Below are positions 58,267-64,000 of a stretch of 64,000 bases of DNA, piece by piece. Each line of letters opens with the position of its first letter. Within the stretch, counting starts at the first letter, position 1. The notes beneath the pieces were generated by a model. It was not told where the DNA came from. It was given only the letters and a program-made list of their open reading frames with translations, and did not search any database. The position numbers and the translations under genes were made by a program. The stretch comes from Eledone cirrhosa (taxonomy: Eukaryota). The stretch spans positions 36,952,001 through 37,016,000 of the forward strand of contig OZ024746.1 in the NCBI GenBank assembly GCA_964016885.1, given 5' to 3'.

Positions 58267-59157
58267 CAGGTACACATATATATATGTACGTATCAGTTTA
58301 GCGGACGTTTATTATAACGCCCGCGTTGTCCGTTTGTAAACAAACGGACAGCCGGAATTTATGCCGTACGGTTTTAAGGCAATCACGTCACCTTTTTGTT
58401 CAACACTGACACAGGAACGATGTACTAGTTTCAAGCTTCTTAGCTATCATCAGCACCGTATACCCTTCTGCCAGATGGTTGAACGTTCGAAAGTATATAC
58501 TTTCCTTATGAAAATTAACGGCTGAGCAGCCTAATTTGCATATCGAGTGAGTTCAGTCGGCCAGGCGCACCGAAAACGATAAGTTGAAATAGGATGAAAC
58601 GAAATTTCATTTCTCACACTTAGTACGGCACTTACTTAAATGTAAGTATGTATGTATACGTACATACATATATGTATACAGACGGACAGTAGTATGCATA
58701 TATATATATATATATATATACATACAGGTACACATATATATATGTACGTATCAGTTTAGCGGACGTTTATTATAACGCGCGCTTTGTCCGTTTGTAAACA
58801 AACGGACAGGCTGATTTATGCCGTACGGTGTTAAGACAATCACGTCACCTTTTTGTTCAACACTGACACAGGAACGATGTACTAGTTTTAAGCTTCTTAG
58901 CTATCATCAGCACCGTATACCCTTCTGCCAGATGGTTGAACGTTCGAAAGTATATAATTTCCTTATGAAAATTAACGGCTGAGCAGCCTAATTTGCATAT
59001 CGAGTGAGTTCAGTCGGCCAGGCGCACCGAAAACGATAAGTTGAAATAGGATGAAACGAAATTTAATTTGTCACTCTTAGTACGGCACTTACTTAAATGT
59101 AAGTATGTATGTATACGTACACATATATATGTGTACCTGTATGTATATATATGTATG

Positions 59158-59231
<74 letters not shown>

Positions 59232-59294
59232 TACTACTGTACGTCTGTATACATATATGTATGTACGTATACATACATACTTACATTTAAGTAA
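58068..59294 (-). repeat. Retrozyme-like HHR repeat array, subfamily B: two tandem monomers (512 and 457 bp, differing by internal (AT)n), a partial third, and an inverted segment (~59120-59294)
   Basis: Anchor TCAC at 58102, 58614 and 59071. HHR at 58417-58459 (intact core) and 58874-58916 (G12 mutated). Confidence 0.82.
58417..58459 (-). ncRNA. Type I hammerhead with intact core in a retrozyme-like monomer
   Basis: acggtg-CTGATGA-tAGCT aaga AGCTt-GAAAC-ta-GTA-catcgt; stem I extends through (g)ttcaac..ctg(g)cagaa / ttcctgtgtcagtgttgaac. Confidence 0.8.
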
Positions 59295-59302
59295 TATATA
59301 TG

Positions 59303-62687
<3,385 letters not shown>

Positions 62688-62750
62688 GTATGTATGTCTG
62701 TGTAAATGGTAAGATAGATAGAAGGAATGATACAGAGATATAGTAGCATT

Positions 62751-62933
62751 GAATTGGCAGTATCGGTAGAGGGTTGGACACCATGCTTTCTAGCATAGTT
62801 TCGTCCCTTTACAGTCTGAGTTCAAATCCCGCCGAGGTTAACTTTGCCTTTCATCCTTACGGGGTCGATAAAATAAAGTACCAGTAATGTACTGGATAAT
62901 TGCTGGCCTTGTGCCTAAAGTAGAAACAATTAT
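62751..62933 (+). mobile_element. SINE S1
   Basis: Near-identical to 17845-18024. Confidence 0.88.
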
Positions 62934-63570
62934 TTATCTATTCACTCATCATTTAATATCCTCTGTATATTATGATATTATCAATTATTTCTGATATTAT
63001 GCATCGGTTTCTGATTACTATAGCATTTTTCATTTTGCTACCAATTGTGCAAACATATTGTTGATAATTTTATTAATACCCACATGCGTGCTATCTGGAT
63101 ATTGATACCATTATCAGCAAGAAATATGAGTACAAGTACGCTAGAAATGAATAGTGATAATTATGCTTGAAGAACGAGTTGAACAGGGAGAAATCAAAGG
63201 CTTCTTAGATAGATTGTATCAGTGATTGGAATTAGAATACTATTTGATGTATTTTTATATTTAGATTTGATACCATCCATATTTGTTGAAACTGAATAGA
63301 AGACTTGGATCGAATCCGATGTACATCACACAATATTAATGAAGCGTAAATTTACATACACCTAATATGTATTAGAATAATATTCATATGAGAAATATGA
63401 TCTAATATTGATTTATCTTAACAAAGGATCCCCCTATGGAAAGTATACAATAGTAATGTTCATTGGATGATATTTTGACCACTCGTACATCAACTTCAAC
63501 GTAAGGTGATCACAAAGAACTAGATAGAATAAAAATATATGTATATATATATATATATATATAAATATAA

Positions 63571-64000
63571 GAATGTATACGTACATACATATATGTATAC
63601 AGACGTACAGTAATATGTATATACATATCTACATGCACACATATACATGTACGTATGGGTTTACCGAACATTTATTATAATGTTCGGTTTGTTTGTAAAC
63701 TAAACGCCCGAATTATTAGCCGTACAGTGTGCGGCAAACATCGTTGCAATTGGGTTGAACAATGACTAAGGAACGATGAACTAGTTTCTAGCTTATTAGC
63801 TGTCATCAGCACCGTATACCTTCCTGTCAGTTGATTGGACGTTTAAAAGTATATAGTTTCCTTATGCATCTTAACGGCTGAGTAGCCTAAATTGCATATC
63901 GAGTGAGTTAGTTAGCCTGGCGTACTGACAACGATAAATGGAAACAATGAAATATCATTTCTCACTCTTAGTACGGCTGATACTCAAATATAAGTATGTA
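63571..64000 (-). repeat. Retrozyme-like monomer (subfamily A) with an intact HHR core at 63773-63815; array runs off the window
   Basis: acggtg-CTGATGA-cAGCT aata AGCTa-GAAAC-ta-GTT-catcgt; the rest of the monomer is colinear with ~38110-38545. Confidence 0.8.

Overview
AT-rich eukaryotic (animal) DNA made almost entirely of transposable elements and microsatellites, with one 200-N gap. I could not support any host gene. The SINE and Penelope repertoire and the dense (AT)n tracts suggest a coleoid cephalopod (octopus-like), but that is inference only. 1-13.6 kb is a nest of non-LTR retroelements in one (AAT)n tract: two Tx1-clade LINEs, a 5'-truncated R4/Dong-type RLE element and a tRNA-derived SINE. 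17-64 kb is dominated by decayed Penelope-like elements (PLEs) of several families inserted in (AT)n, many with inverted pseudo-LTRs (pLTRs) carrying hammerhead ribozymes (HHRs); Helitron and mariner remnants and a foldback MITE are also present. The best candidate for an undescribed system is a non-coding ~425-460 bp repeat at 37.6-38.9, 58.1-59.3 and 63.6-64 kb. It forms tandem and inverted arrays, and each complete monomer carries a type I hammerhead, covarying hairpins and usually an octamer motif, i.e. a retrozyme/satellite-2-like circular-RNA element probably mobilised by the neighbouring PLEs. Also notable: a C-terminal-endonuclease PLE whose RT has an IFD-sized insertion, and HHRs with very long stem II or a non-canonical core. 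Family labels A-F are mine. Coordinates were read by eye, so element boundaries are approximate.
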